Positions 29,810 to 40,325 of a DNA stretch of 64,000 nt are shown piece after piece. The position numbers and the translations under genes are program-made. The notes under the pieces were generated by a model. The model searched no databases. It was given only the letters and a program-made list of their open reading frames with translations, and had not been told where the DNA came from. Origin of the DNA: Candidatus Bathyarchaeia archaeon (GTDB lineage Archaea > Thermoproteota > CALKCG01 > B24); assembly GCA_038870975.1 (NCBI GenBank), contig JAVZJD010000001.1:864001-928000 (forward strand), given 5' to 3'. Every line of letters begins with the position of its first letter. Positions within the stretch are counted from its first letter, which is position 1.

Positions 29810-30832
29810 ATGAATGAATCTTTAAAAGTATCAGTAGTAATTAATTCTTATAAAAATTTACAAAAGTTAGAGTCTTGCGTGAAAGCAGTAATAGAGACAT
29901 TGTATGATAATAAGGAAATAATAGTTGTTTCGTATGGAATACCAAAGATATCGATCAAAGCAAGCAATGTAAATTCATATATCGATAAATTAATATTATT
30001 GAAAGAAGATCTAGGTCTTCCTGCTCAACGAAACATAGGTTTCAAAGCTAGAAGTAATAACTCTAAATATGTTTTGTTTGTAGATGATGATGTGTTACTT
30101 ACGAAGTTGTCAATTAAAAACTTGATCAGCGTGTTAGAGAAGAACCCCCATATTGGAGTTGCTCAACCGTTATTAGTAACTCCTAATGGGCATATTGATT
30201 GTATAGGTGGATTTATTGATTTTTTGGGTTATAGTTATATGCCGTTTCATGGAGAGAGCCTCTCCTCTTTTAATGCGAGAAGGGAGTACATACCGATCTC
30301 TTATGCTGCTGGTGCTTGTTGCTGTTTAAGAGTTGACTATTTTCTTGGTAGCAAACATTTTCAACCTTTTGACGATTCATTTTATTTCAATTATGAAGAT
30401 GCAGATTTATCCCTTAGAGCTTGGATAAGGGGAATTGACGTTGTATGTATTCCTTCAGCTATAGCGATTCATGAAAGAGGCCGTACCGCATCGCTTAAAA
30501 GAGCACCGAATCATTTTATCTTCTTAGATACAAGAAATAAGTTTGTAAGTTTAACGTCAGTTCTTGAACCGAGGATGCTGTTCGTCTATATACCGTTCTT
30601 CATTATTTTTGAGTTATTAAAAGCCATCTATTTACTTGCAATACATCCAGTTCATGCGTTCTTAACGTTTAAGGCCATTTTATGCTGCCTTAAAGGCTTC
30701 AAGGAGATATGGATGCGACGGAAAATTGTAAGGAAAATAGCGGTAAAAAATAATAAACTTTCAAGTGTAATCTATAAGCCTGCTTTCTCAGCTTTAATTC
30801 GTGAATTCAAGATCCATTATGGCTTAATTTAA
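29810..30832 (+). CDS. Glycosyltransferase family 2
   Basis: RNIG, FVDDD, GAC, FDDSFYFNYEDADLSLRAW. Confidence 0.88.
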   Translation: MNESLKVSVVINSYKNLQKLESCVKAVIETLYDNKEIIVVSYGIPKISIKASNVNSYIDKLILLKEDLGLPAQRNIGFKARSNNSKYVLFVDDDVLLTKLSIKNLISVLEKNPHIGVAQPLLVTPNGHIDCIGGFIDFLGYSYMPFHGESLSSFNARREYIPISYAAGACCCLRVDYFLGSKHFQPFDDSFYFNYEDADLSLRAWIRGIDVVCIPSAIAIHERGRTASLKRAPNHFIFLDTRNKFVSLTSVLEPRMLFVYIPFFIIFELLKAIYLLAIHPVHAFLTFKAILCCLKGFKEIWMRRKIVRKIAVKNNKLSSVIYKPAFSALIREFKIHYGLI

Positions 30833-30848
30833 TGAACTTATTTAAGGG

Positions 30849-31973
30849 ATGAATATGCGGATTCTTCACATATCAAATCCAGTTAGTATACCAGTGAAAG
30901 GTTATGGCGGAACAGAAAGGATAATTTATTCACTGGCTAAGAGGCAGGCAGAAAATGGGCACGAAGTCACCGTCATTGCTGGAAAACCTTCGTTCATACC
31001 GAATGTTAAGGATGCCTCCTTCATGAAAGGTTCTCCTTACACGGAAAGAAAATTCATAATAAAGAGATTTTTGACAGCATATTCGATGAGAGCCATGCTT
31101 GTGAGTCGAAGCGATAAATTTGATATAATACATAACCACATCTCAGAAGAGGCTATCCCTTTAACAATATTTTCAAAATATCCTGTTATAACAACACTAC
31201 ACTGCCCATTAACATTAAGAAAAATTTGGCCATTTATAACAACATCAGTAGCAAGTCTTCTACCAAGAAAAACAAAATTTGTCACGATAAGTAAAAGGGC
31301 TTTTAAGGTATATCGACCTTTTTTCGGTAATGACTTAATAACATATATCCATAACGGAATAGATATCTCAGGCATACCTTTTAACCCAAAACCTAAGAAA
31401 AACCATGAAATTCAACTGTGTTTTCTAGGAAAACTTGTTCCAGAAAAACATCCTATTTTAGCTATAAAGATTGCTGATTTGCTCTATAAACAAGGATACG
31501 ATGTAAAGCTATTTATGATGGGCAAATTGGATTTTCCATTGTCAAAATATGCTGAAAAATTAGTAAAAATGGTAAAATTAAGAAAATATGTAACGTTATT
31601 ACCAAATATAGCAACAGATAAAATGTACAATATCTTAGGAAATTGTGATTGTCTTATAGCTACATCATTTGAAATAGGACTTGTAACAGCCCAACTGGAG
31701 GCTCTTGCTACTGGCACACCTATTGTAGGCTTAATGGGTGGTTCTGCCGAAGAAGTTGTTATTGAAGGTTATAACGGTTATCTTGGGATAAATTTATATG
31801 ATATGGCAAGTAAATGCGTTAGTTCACTAAATATAGATCGAAGAAACTGCAGGAAAATTGTTGAGAATAATTTTAATGAACAGAGAATGTATGATAACTA
31901 TATGAAAATCTATGAAGTCGTTCTCTCCGAGAGACTCTTAGATAATCAAACCATAACCAGAAAGGAAAATTGA
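30849..31973 (+). CDS. Glycosyltransferase family 4
   Basis: GYGGTER, IHNH, IHNGID, EALATGTPIV. Confidence 0.9.
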   Translation: MNMRILHISNPVSIPVKGYGGTERIIYSLAKRQAENGHEVTVIAGKPSFIPNVKDASFMKGSPYTERKFIIKRFLTAYSMRAMLVSRSDKFDIIHNHISEEAIPLTIFSKYPVITTLHCPLTLRKIWPFITTSVASLLPRKTKFVTISKRAFKVYRPFFGNDLITYIHNGIDISGIPFNPKPKKNHEIQLCFLGKLVPEKHPILAIKIADLLYKQGYDVKLFMMGKLDFPLSKYAEKLVKMVKLRKYVTLLPNIATDKMYNILGNCDCLIATSFEIGLVTAQLEALATGTPIVGLMGGSAEEVVIEGYNGYLGINLYDMASKCVSSLNIDRRNCRKIVENNFNEQRMYDNYMKIYEVVLSERLLDNQTITRKEN

Positions 31974-32279
31974 GGCCCCCTTAGATAAATTTAAAACTAT
32001 TTAAGTGTTCTTCCATAAGGGTTTATTATAGAGTTTAAGGAGCTTTCAGATGGAAAGTAAGGGTTATTAGGCTTTTGGTCTTCTTCTAAGACCAAGACTA
32101 GAGTTGACAATGTGCGTATTATTAACGATATTCTTTTCTTAATTATGTCTATCTTATGGTCATTCTTCTGAATGGCCATGAGATATGAAAGACAGCATTC
32201 ATGCAAATAGTATACGCAATAATATTACTAGGAGTTTTTCAGATAAGTTCAAAGTGAAAATTAGAATGCAGATCTATTT

Positions 32280-34925
32280 ATGTTAGATGGAGTATCTGCC
32301 ATTTCATACATATGTTTGCTCTATTTCATTTCCTTCTTTCCAGGCTATATGATACTATTTTGGATTAGATCTAAAGTTCTTATTAATCTTCCATTTTTTG
32401 TTAGATTACCCTTAACTCTTGCCCTAGGCTTAATGACCCTTACAACTCTACTTTTCATCGTTGGTTTTATCATAATAGATGGAAACCTACCTATTTTAAT
32501 TTCTTTATTTTTCATTACGCTCTTTATTTGTCATAATTTAAGACATGGATTAAAAAATAAAGTCGCGATAAATTTTAAGTCTTTCGACAATATTTTACCA
32601 GCGATTTTATTTATGATATCTCTATTTCACTTCAGCACAGCAATCTCTATTTTTAGATGGCCTCCACCGGGGGATATATTCTGGCATGGAATGTATGTAA
32701 GCATTCTTCACTATAATCGGAAAATTACCTTTAACATAGCGCCATATGATCCCTCCCTCCATTCAGCACCACCTATATCAGGTTTTACAGGCTTACATGT
32801 TCTGTCAGCTGACTTTTCATTGTGGACAGGAGTTTTTCCAGCCGAGGCTGTATTTATTGTCGGAGGAGCAGTCGTTATTCTCATTCCTATGTTGCTTTAC
32901 GTTTCAACTAATTTGCTTACAAAATCAAGATTTCTTTCATTATTCGCTTTTCTTTCAGTTTTCCTTACTAGTTCAGACTTAGAAGAATGGATTGTTGGAT
33001 ATTTTTATAATGGACCATATCCTAACTTATTTGGTTTCTTGGCAGTTTTACTCTTTTTAATTAACCTGGTAATTATTAGTGAAAATCAAACCGATCATCC
33101 TTACACTATGCATAAAAGAACGTCATTATTACTAATAATTTTAGCCATTTTCATAATATATCCGCCATTTACAGCAATTCCTATATCATACTTACTGGTT
33201 TCAACATTTCCTAGACTAAGGACATTTAAGAGAACTGTTGTAACATTTCGAGAAAAAGATCGATTGATCATTATATTATCGTTAATGCTTGCTTTATCTT
33301 CAATACTAGTAGTCTTAGCATTTTTCTATCAAAATCTTTTTTCTCAAATACTTCATGCGATACTCTATCGAGTTAGACAAATTTATGGAAAAGAAGGCTC
33401 TTTTAAAATACGAACCTCAATATTTTATGACTCAATAATTGGAATCGCAGTTATATTAGCTGGTGTTGCATCCATTTTCTTTATTTTTAAACGAATATAC
33501 ATCAACCTATCAATTTTTTACATGGTGATGTTTTTGTCAATAATGTTCTCTCTTCATCCCACCTTTTATCCATTTTTCTTGCTTATTCTTCCAAAAAGAC
33601 TCCTTATGATGTGCTCTTTGATTTCTTGGATAGTTCTAGCCACCATAATAAATCACTTATCTTCTAACCTGTTTGTTAATTTGAGGCTAGAATTCACAAA
33701 CCGAACTTATACATTAAAATTTCACGCAAGTATTTTGGTAGCTATAATAATCACTTTCTTAATTTTCACTCCTAGTTTAGTTTCTAATCTATCTTTCGAA
33801 CAGGCAAATAGATACAGCTGGTTTACAAGACATGGATTTGCCGATGATTATGATGTTCTCTTATGGGTTCACAAAAATGTTAAGATAAACGAAGTAATCC
33901 TTGATGATTTTTCTTTTACTAGCTATTATCTCCACTCTTTTTCCGTAAAGAATACTACATCACTTCTTTGGACACTTTCAGATTACAAACGTGAACGGGC
34001 AATAGACGCTTTAAGTTTCCTCAAGAATCCGACGAATGTTTCTCTTTTCCTCAACTTGATTGATAAGTATAGTATTAGATATGTTCTGGTAACTTCTGAG
34101 CGGGGATATTATATTTGGAGAGATATTGGTGGAGAAAATCGATATGTAAGTAAGCCTTATACACCTGCACAATATAAATCAATTTTTAATAAATATCCCT
34201 TCCTCAAGCTAGTATTTGAAAAAGGAAACGCCGGGGTTTATAAGGTATTGCCATATACACTTGAGGAAAGGAATGCGTTGAAATTTGATGGCACATGTAG
34301 CTATATTCAAGTTGAAGATAGTGTATCTCTTAGATTTACAAAAGAATTTGCGATATCTATTCATATTAAGCCAGAGCAACTACCTGCCGTAGATACCTTC
34401 CTTGTATCGAAAAGAGGAGAATATGAACTCAGCTGGAGGTGGAATAGAAAATTGGCTCTAATATTGAACTATACCATAGTTTTAGAAAGTAACAAAGTTT
34501 TCTCATACGATGATATTGGCAGATGGTGGCACATAATTGTGGTTTACGATGGTACTAAAGCTTACTTATACGTTAATGGTGTACTCGACTCATGTAGTGA
34601 TGTGAATTTAACTATACCGTCTAATAACTCTCCTTTGGATATTGGCTGCCGTAAGGACCTAAAGAACAATCCTTTTGGTTTTATACCTCAGAGTATTATT
34701 AAAGAAGTTATTATCTACAACCACTCTCTTTCACCTAGCGAAGTTGAGCGCCTTGCCAGAGGAAACTTAATAAAAGAGGGTTTAGTACTTTATCTGCCGC
34801 TTAATGAGGGAAGTGGTGCGCTCGCTCTCGACAGAAGCAGTTACGGTAATAACGGTGTGATTTATAGTGCTACGTGGACTAATTATTATGTTGTAATTGT
34901 TAATTCTATTCCATATGACGTTTAG
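32280..34925 (+). CDS. Large multi-pass membrane protein (GT-C-like) with C-terminal LamG/concanavalin-like domain
   Basis: More than 12 hydrophobic segments, GDIFWHG loop; tail ALKFDG..YI.V, WWHIIVVYDG..YLYVNGVL, LVLYLPLNEGSG..A.D.S.YGNNG. Confidence 0.75.
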   Translation: MLDGVSAISYICLLYFISFFPGYMILFWIRSKVLINLPFFVRLPLTLALGLMTLTTLLFIVGFIIIDGNLPILISLFFITLFICHNLRHGLKNKVAINFKSFDNILPAILFMISLFHFSTAISIFRWPPPGDIFWHGMYVSILHYNRKITFNIAPYDPSLHSAPPISGFTGLHVLSADFSLWTGVFPAEAVFIVGGAVVILIPMLLYVSTNLLTKSRFLSLFAFLSVFLTSSDLEEWIVGYFYNGPYPNLFGFLAVLLFLINLVIISENQTDHPYTMHKRTSLLLIILAIFIIYPPFTAIPISYLLVSTFPRLRTFKRTVVTFREKDRLIIILSLMLALSSILVVLAFFYQNLFSQILHAILYRVRQIYGKEGSFKIRTSIFYDSIIGIAVILAGVASIFFIFKRIYINLSIFYMVMFLSIMFSLHPTFYPFFLLILPKRLLMMCSLISWIVLATIINHLSSNLFVNLRLEFTNRTYTLKFHASILVAIIITFLIFTPSLVSNLSFEQANRYSWFTRHGFADDYDVLLWVHKNVKINEVILDDFSFTSYYLHSFSVKNTTSLLWTLSDYKRERAIDALSFLKNPTNVSLFLNLIDKYSIRYVLVTSERGYYIWRDIGGENRYVSKPYTPAQYKSIFNKYPFLKLVFEKGNAGVYKVLPYTLEERNALKFDGTCSYIQVEDSVSLRFTKEFAISIHIKPEQLPAVDTFLVSKRGEYELSWRWNRKLALILNYTIVLESNKVFSYDDIGRWWHIIVVYDGTKAYLYVNGVLDSCSDVNLTIPSNNSPLDIGCRKDLKNNPFGFIPQSIIKEVIIYNHSLSPSEVERLARGNLIKEGLVLYLPLNEGSGALALDRSSYGNNGVIYSATWTNYYVVIVNSIPYDV

Positions 34926-35014
34926 ATAACATTCTCCTTGGAGGAAACAAAAGCCTAATAAACTCTTACGGAAGAACACTTAAATAACAGTTTTAGATAA
35001 ATCTGTCTTTTTAG

Positions 35015-36028
35015 TTGAAAAAAGCCGCTATTGTAGGGATGGGCGAAAGCGCTAAACTACATATAGCATCATTGCTAAAAATGCGGGTTAAAATAGTTGG
35101 GGTGGTTGACTTAAATATAGAAAAAGCTAAGGAAAAAGCGAGACAATGGGGTATAACTCGGTGCTATAATTCTTTAGAAGCGCTATTTAATCAAGAAGAT
35201 GTAGACGTTGTTCACATATGTACACCACCTCAATCACATTACCCTCTTATTCTTGAAGCCCTGCAAAGAAATTGTCACGTGATATGCGAAAAACCGATTC
35301 TTTTATCATGTAGAGATATGACGCATGTATTGAAGTTAGCTTCTGAGAAAAACTTAAGAGTATTTCAAGTCGAGAATTTTAAATTTCATCCGTCTATTAG
35401 GAAGGGTAGACAACTTGTTAACACTGCAACAGGTAATGTAAAATACGCATATGTATTTTGGCCTATACCAGTTTACCTGAAAGGGAATATTCCTCAATGG
35501 ATGAAGCAACTTCCTGGTCAACAATTTACTGAAGTAGCTATGCACCCCATATATATCATTATAGATTTCATTGGTAGTGAAATCCAAAAAATCGACGTAA
35601 GCCAACAAAGAAATGCATTAGGTCAACCAGACACTTTAACTATATTGATTAAAACTAATAGTGCTATCGGCATCGTTACAATATCTAAATCTTGTGCAAG
35701 CCCAGGAATGTTAATAGTGCACGGAGAAAAGTTAAGCTTTTCAGCAAATATTGACAATAATAGCCTTATAATATTTGGTCGAACCGACAACTTATATTCT
35801 AAATTCATGGTTAATATTGTAGCATCAACTCAGTTACTTAGCTCTTCGCTATCAAATGCTATTCGATATTTGGCTGGTAGCTTTAAAGAGGGCTATCACT
35901 ATGATTTTATTAGGTCTGTCTACGAAGCTATATTAGGTAAACAGCAAGGTCCAACCAGTCATGAGCATATATATGCCTCAGTTAAAGTGTATGAAGAAGT
36001 TCTAAATCAGCTTTCTTATGTCCATTAA
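35015..36028 (+). CDS. Gfo/Idh/MocA family oxidoreductase
   Basis: AIVGMG, DVVHICTPP..H, HVICEKP. Confidence 0.88.
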   Translation: MKKAAIVGMGESAKLHIASLLKMRVKIVGVVDLNIEKAKEKARQWGITRCYNSLEALFNQEDVDVVHICTPPQSHYPLILEALQRNCHVICEKPILLSCRDMTHVLKLASEKNLRVFQVENFKFHPSIRKGRQLVNTATGNVKYAYVFWPIPVYLKGNIPQWMKQLPGQQFTEVAMHPIYIIIDFIGSEIQKIDVSQQRNALGQPDTLTILIKTNSAIGIVTISKSCASPGMLIVHGEKLSFSANIDNNSLIIFGRTDNLYSKFMVNIVASTQLLSSSLSNAIRYLAGSFKEGYHYDFIRSVYEAILGKQQGPTSHEHIYASVKVYEEVLNQLSYVH

Positions 36029-36122
36029 TTTTTACATGTATAAAAATAACTTGTTGATAATATCCTAGCTGTGGTAATCTGGGAAGGATAAGATAGGAAG
36101 AACTGCTGAGAAGATAGATTAC

Positions 36123-37493
36123 ATGTATCAAAATAATTGTGCCTCGCGTACCACTTTCAGGACAAGCGTAGATATCGCAGTCCTCGGTGGTGGCTGGGCT
36201 GGGGTTCTTTATGGTTTAGAATGCAAGTTAATATATCCTCACGCTAATATCACGATTTTAGAAAAACATGAGGCTATTGGAGGTCTTCTAAGAAGTACAA
36301 TAATAAATGGTCATGTATTTGACATTGGTGGGAGTCATATTATCTTTTCAAGAAATGAAGCAATTTTAGCTAAAATGCTTAAAATCCTTGGCAATGATAT
36401 TTATGAGTTAAAGAGAAAATCCCTAATAATGTTATCACGTCAATATATTCAATATCCTCTTGAAAATAACCTAAATGTGCTTCCTCTAGAAGAACGAATT
36501 AACGCACTTATATCGTTTCTTGAATCATGGATTACAAGAACAGATGATCATATCCCACAGAATCTCAGCGAATGGATTTATGGTTTTTTTGGTAGATGGT
36601 TTGCTGAAAGGTATCTTGTCCCTTACAATCTAAAAATTTGGAAGAGATCATTGGAGGAAATCGATGTTGACTGGGTTTATACACCAGGCCGACTGCCAAT
36701 TCCCGACTGGAGGGATGTTGTTAAATCAGCCATGGGTCAGCCCACCACAGGCTATGTTGAACAGTCAAAGTTCTACTATCCACGACATGGTGGAATACAA
36801 AAATTATTTGATAATGCGATAAATAAAGCAATCGAATCGGGAGTACAATACATTAGAGGTTGCAAGATCACGAGCATTAAGCGAACAAGGTATGGCTGGC
36901 TCATAAATAATGAAATGCACGCCAAGAAGCTAGTGAGCTCCATACCCCTGAACGAGCTTGTAAGACTTATAGAGTCACCAGAGCATATAATTAAGCTATC
37001 CAATCAACTTGACTACAATAAAGTGCTGATTGTTGGCTTAGCTATTGACAAACCAGCCCCAGAGCAACATTGGGTATATGTACCAATGTCGGACATAGTG
37101 TTTCATAGATACGCCTGGATATCTAACTATAGTCCATTCAATGCTCCACCGAATAGATCGACCTTAATAGCTGAAATCACAATACATCCAAACCAACCAG
37201 TTAACGCTGAAAAGTATGTTGAAGAAACCCTTAATGGACTGGAAAAGACAGAAGTCGTCGAAAGTAAAAAAGTGTTATTTACGCGATACTGGTTACACGA
37301 GTATGGTTATCCAGTTCACACAATAATGTCAAACAAAGCAAGAAATCAGATAATTCGATGGTTGTTGGAACAGGATATAATCTTAATTGGCCGATGGGGA
37401 AATTGGCAATATTGGAACATGGATAAAGTGTACGAAAATGTGTTAACTACTCTAGAAAGAGGCTTCAAAACTAAAAGCAATAATGCGGGGTGA
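36123..37493 (+). CDS. FAD-dependent oxidoreductase, UDP-galactopyranose mutase-like
   Basis: GGGWAG, GGLLRS, FDIGGSHIIFS, PYNLKIW, FYYP..GG, GRWGNWQYWNMD. Confidence 0.75.
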   Translation: MYQNNCASRTTFRTSVDIAVLGGGWAGVLYGLECKLIYPHANITILEKHEAIGGLLRSTIINGHVFDIGGSHIIFSRNEAILAKMLKILGNDIYELKRKSLIMLSRQYIQYPLENNLNVLPLEERINALISFLESWITRTDDHIPQNLSEWIYGFFGRWFAERYLVPYNLKIWKRSLEEIDVDWVYTPGRLPIPDWRDVVKSAMGQPTTGYVEQSKFYYPRHGGIQKLFDNAINKAIESGVQYIRGCKITSIKRTRYGWLINNEMHAKKLVSSIPLNELVRLIESPEHIIKLSNQLDYNKVLIVGLAIDKPAPEQHWVYVPMSDIVFHRYAWISNYSPFNAPPNRSTLIAEITIHPNQPVNAEKYVEETLNGLEKTEVVESKKVLFTRYWLHEYGYPVHTIMSNKARNQIIRWLLEQDIILIGRWGNWQYWNMDKVYENVLTTLERGFKTKSNNAG

Positions 37494-37770
37494 ATCTTAA
37501 GAGATGAAGGACCAAAGGGTAATAAAACTACATACTGGAGATTGCTAAAAGATAATCCTATAATAAGCCTTTAAGATGATATGGAAAAGTATCAAAATTT
37601 AAGCTTCTCAATGCGTAGACTTGAAACTCTTAAACAGGTTTAGGATAATTATCTTTGAAGCTTATCCCTCAATATGGTAATGTTGGCTTAAACGTTGGAA
37701 AGCTTGAATCGGTGTTTTCCAAGTTAAATTAATCTACGGTTTTATTTGCTAGTCAAGAGAAGAAGTTAGT

Positions 37771-39435
37771 ATGAATAAAAGATCAGATATACTTCACGTA
37801 TTAACAGCCTTAATAATCATATTGATGTACTTCTATGTGCTAGACCTATTCCAGCCACGTTATATAGTTCTCTGTAGAGGAGTTGCTTGGATTGGAGTTT
37901 ACGATATTGGATTAGTAAATATGAACTTATTCAGCGTTTTACTACTTATAATGGCTTCCATTATACTAATTGCATGCCATACAACTGATGGATTTAATGG
38001 CATTTCGCTGATTAAGCTTTCTGTCTTCTCTATATTAACCATAATCGTCATTGATCTACTTCTACTTCTTTACTGGATAGTGTACATGTGCAATCCGGCT
38101 GATTACACACTTACAGCGTATGTTCTTCTTCCATATCTTGACGCAGGACTATTCCACGTATGTTCTCCAGTATACCCAATTCTTCTTCTTGCGACGCTCT
38201 ACAGTTGGCTTTCCATCTTCACCATTAAAATCTTTAAAATACGTGTCAGGCTAAAAATCAGATACTGCAGGCCTTTAAGCGCTTTAACAGCCGTATCTCA
38301 ATTGAGTAGCACATATGTGGAAAGGCTCGGCTTCACAGCAATCATACTGCTCGGCATAATCCTAACACTAATACCATACTTACCAACAATAAACCCGGGA
38401 TTCAAATCCGTATCCGTAGACATCAAATACTACTCTGAGTGGCTTAATAGCATACTTTCATTAGACGGCTGGAGTGCGATTAAATATGTGTTTTATAAAA
38501 ATTGGAATAGATCGGTTTACGTGCTAATGCTGTACTCTATGGTAAAGGCTGGTCTTCCAAGTCAATATGTCTTAAACTTGGAAGGACTATTCATAGCTCC
38601 ATTTTTCGCCTTAACCGTATACTATATGGCTAAACGCATACACGGGGCTTCTCAATATGCTACATTGGCATCTTTATCTGGGCTTCTAGGGTTCAATATG
38701 ACCGCCAACATGTTTGGAGGGTTCTTCATGGCTTGGACTGCTCTATCACTATTCTACCTATGCGTAGGCTTAACACCCAGTCTAATGAGGGAGGACGTGA
38801 AAGCTCTGGCTTTATGCGTAGCAATATCAATTCTCATGCTCTACATACACCCTTGGACTTGGAGTGTATGTATGGCTACTCTATTAACACACCTAGCCAT
38901 ATCGGCTTTAAAATACGTCAAACTGGGTAAATTCGCAGTCAACAGAAGCCTGTTTACGCTTCTCGTGGTAAATGCCATCGTAGACTTCTTAAAGAACATT
39001 TTAACGCCCTGTGGAGGTGGAGTGGTGGCATCAGCTGTAACGCTGACTAGGGCTATAAGCTTCGAAAACATACTGAAGTTATCTTGGAGCTTAAACAGGT
39101 TAACATATACCTATCTAATGGGATTATTGTTTAATCCACTGCACATGGCTCTAGCGTTAGTAGGCGTCTTAAGCCTACTCAAATTGAGAAGTGAACATTC
39201 ACAGCTCACTTTAATATGGTTAGCGGTAGCATCGACGCCATTCATAATAGTAGATACAGCGTTACAGTCACGCCTAATACTGACCATGCCATTCCCAATA
39301 CTCATAGCCGAAGGCCTGTGGGCGTTATCTAAGTTCCTCGGTAAATTCGACTCTAAGCTTCCGAAGCTTTTCCAAGCATTCTTCATAGTCTCAAGCCTGA
39401 CTTACACGGTGAGGGCGCTATGCAATCTTATATAG
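37771..39435 (+). CDS. Multi-pass membrane protein (possible GT-C glycosyltransferase)
   Basis: Many TM segments, SVDIKYY loop motif, HPWTW; lies in the glycosylation cluster. Confidence 0.65.
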   Translation: MNKRSDILHVLTALIIILMYFYVLDLFQPRYIVLCRGVAWIGVYDIGLVNMNLFSVLLLIMASIILIACHTTDGFNGISLIKLSVFSILTIIVIDLLLLLYWIVYMCNPADYTLTAYVLLPYLDAGLFHVCSPVYPILLLATLYSWLSIFTIKIFKIRVRLKIRYCRPLSALTAVSQLSSTYVERLGFTAIILLGIILTLIPYLPTINPGFKSVSVDIKYYSEWLNSILSLDGWSAIKYVFYKNWNRSVYVLMLYSMVKAGLPSQYVLNLEGLFIAPFFALTVYYMAKRIHGASQYATLASLSGLLGFNMTANMFGGFFMAWTALSLFYLCVGLTPSLMREDVKALALCVAISILMLYIHPWTWSVCMATLLTHLAISALKYVKLGKFAVNRSLFTLLVVNAIVDFLKNILTPCGGGVVASAVTLTRAISFENILKLSWSLNRLTYTYLMGLLFNPLHMALALVGVLSLLKLRSEHSQLTLIWLAVASTPFIIVDTALQSRLILTMPFPILIAEGLWALSKFLGKFDSKLPKLFQAFFIVSSLTYTVRALCNLI

Positions 39436-39482
39436 ATATGTTTGTTTAAACTGTTTTATTGCCTCTGTTGGAGGTGGGGGAG

Positions 39483-40323
39483 TTGGCTGGGGAGAAGGTT
39501 TTAGTTGTGGGGTTGGTGTGAAGTCGGCCGTCCGCTTTTTGAGTTGTTGAAGGAGAGCAAGAAGTTTGACGTTTATGGTTTTGATGTAGACGTGGAGAAG
39601 ATAAGGGATGTTGAAAAGCCTATGTCAAATAGCCGCGTCGATATTATGCACATCTGCATTCCATGTTTTAACCAAAACGAATTTGTGAGCACTGTAGTAC
39701 GGTATGTGGAGCAGTTTAAGCCTAAACTTGTAATAGTTAACAGCACGGTTCCACCTGGAACCACAATGAAAATCTACGAGCAGTGCGGCTGCCTTGTTGC
39801 ACACTCCCCCGTTCGAGGAGTTCATAAGAGTTTAGAACATATGAAGTGGGAGTTGAGACGGTGGATAAAATACGTGGGAGGCGTGAACATCGAAGCTACT
39901 GAAGAGGCGAGAAAGCATTTTGAGGAACTGGGTTTAAAAACGAAGGTTTTGAAAACGTGCTTGGAGACTGAGCTCGCCAAACTCTTTGAAACAACTTATA
40001 GGGCTTGGATGATCGTATGCTTCCAGGAAATGCACCGCATATCAAAACATTTCAGTGCTGACTTCGACGAAATCGTAGACTTCTTAGAGGGCACGCATCG
40101 AGTTAGAATGGATAGACCTGTAATGTTTCCAGGCGTTATCGGCGGACACTGTCTGATCCCAAACGTCAAACCGCTTCTAGAACTCTACGACTCACGGCTT
40201 TTAAAGATGATCTTAGAATCTAACGAGAAGAGAAAGGAGGAGCTTAAAGATAAAAGCATTTCAGATGAAGTTGAGAAAATAAGAAAGAGAGTGGAAGCCT
40301 TCTCAAAAAGACTAGGGGTCTGA
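39483..40323 (+). pseudogene. UDP-glucose/GDP-mannose dehydrogenase family (short form), frameshifted in the GxGxxG motif
   Basis: TTG 39483 MAGEKVLVVGL, then a 1-nt insertion near 39516 (GTGT where GGT restores VVGLGEVG); STVPPGT, HSPVRG, ELAKL.ETTYR, GGHCL. Confidence 0.75.
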
Positions 40324-40325
40324 CA

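Noticed and set aside
37505-37550. Mini-ORF ending KLHTGDC resembling a DNA methyltransferase start
   Set aside because: Too short to support
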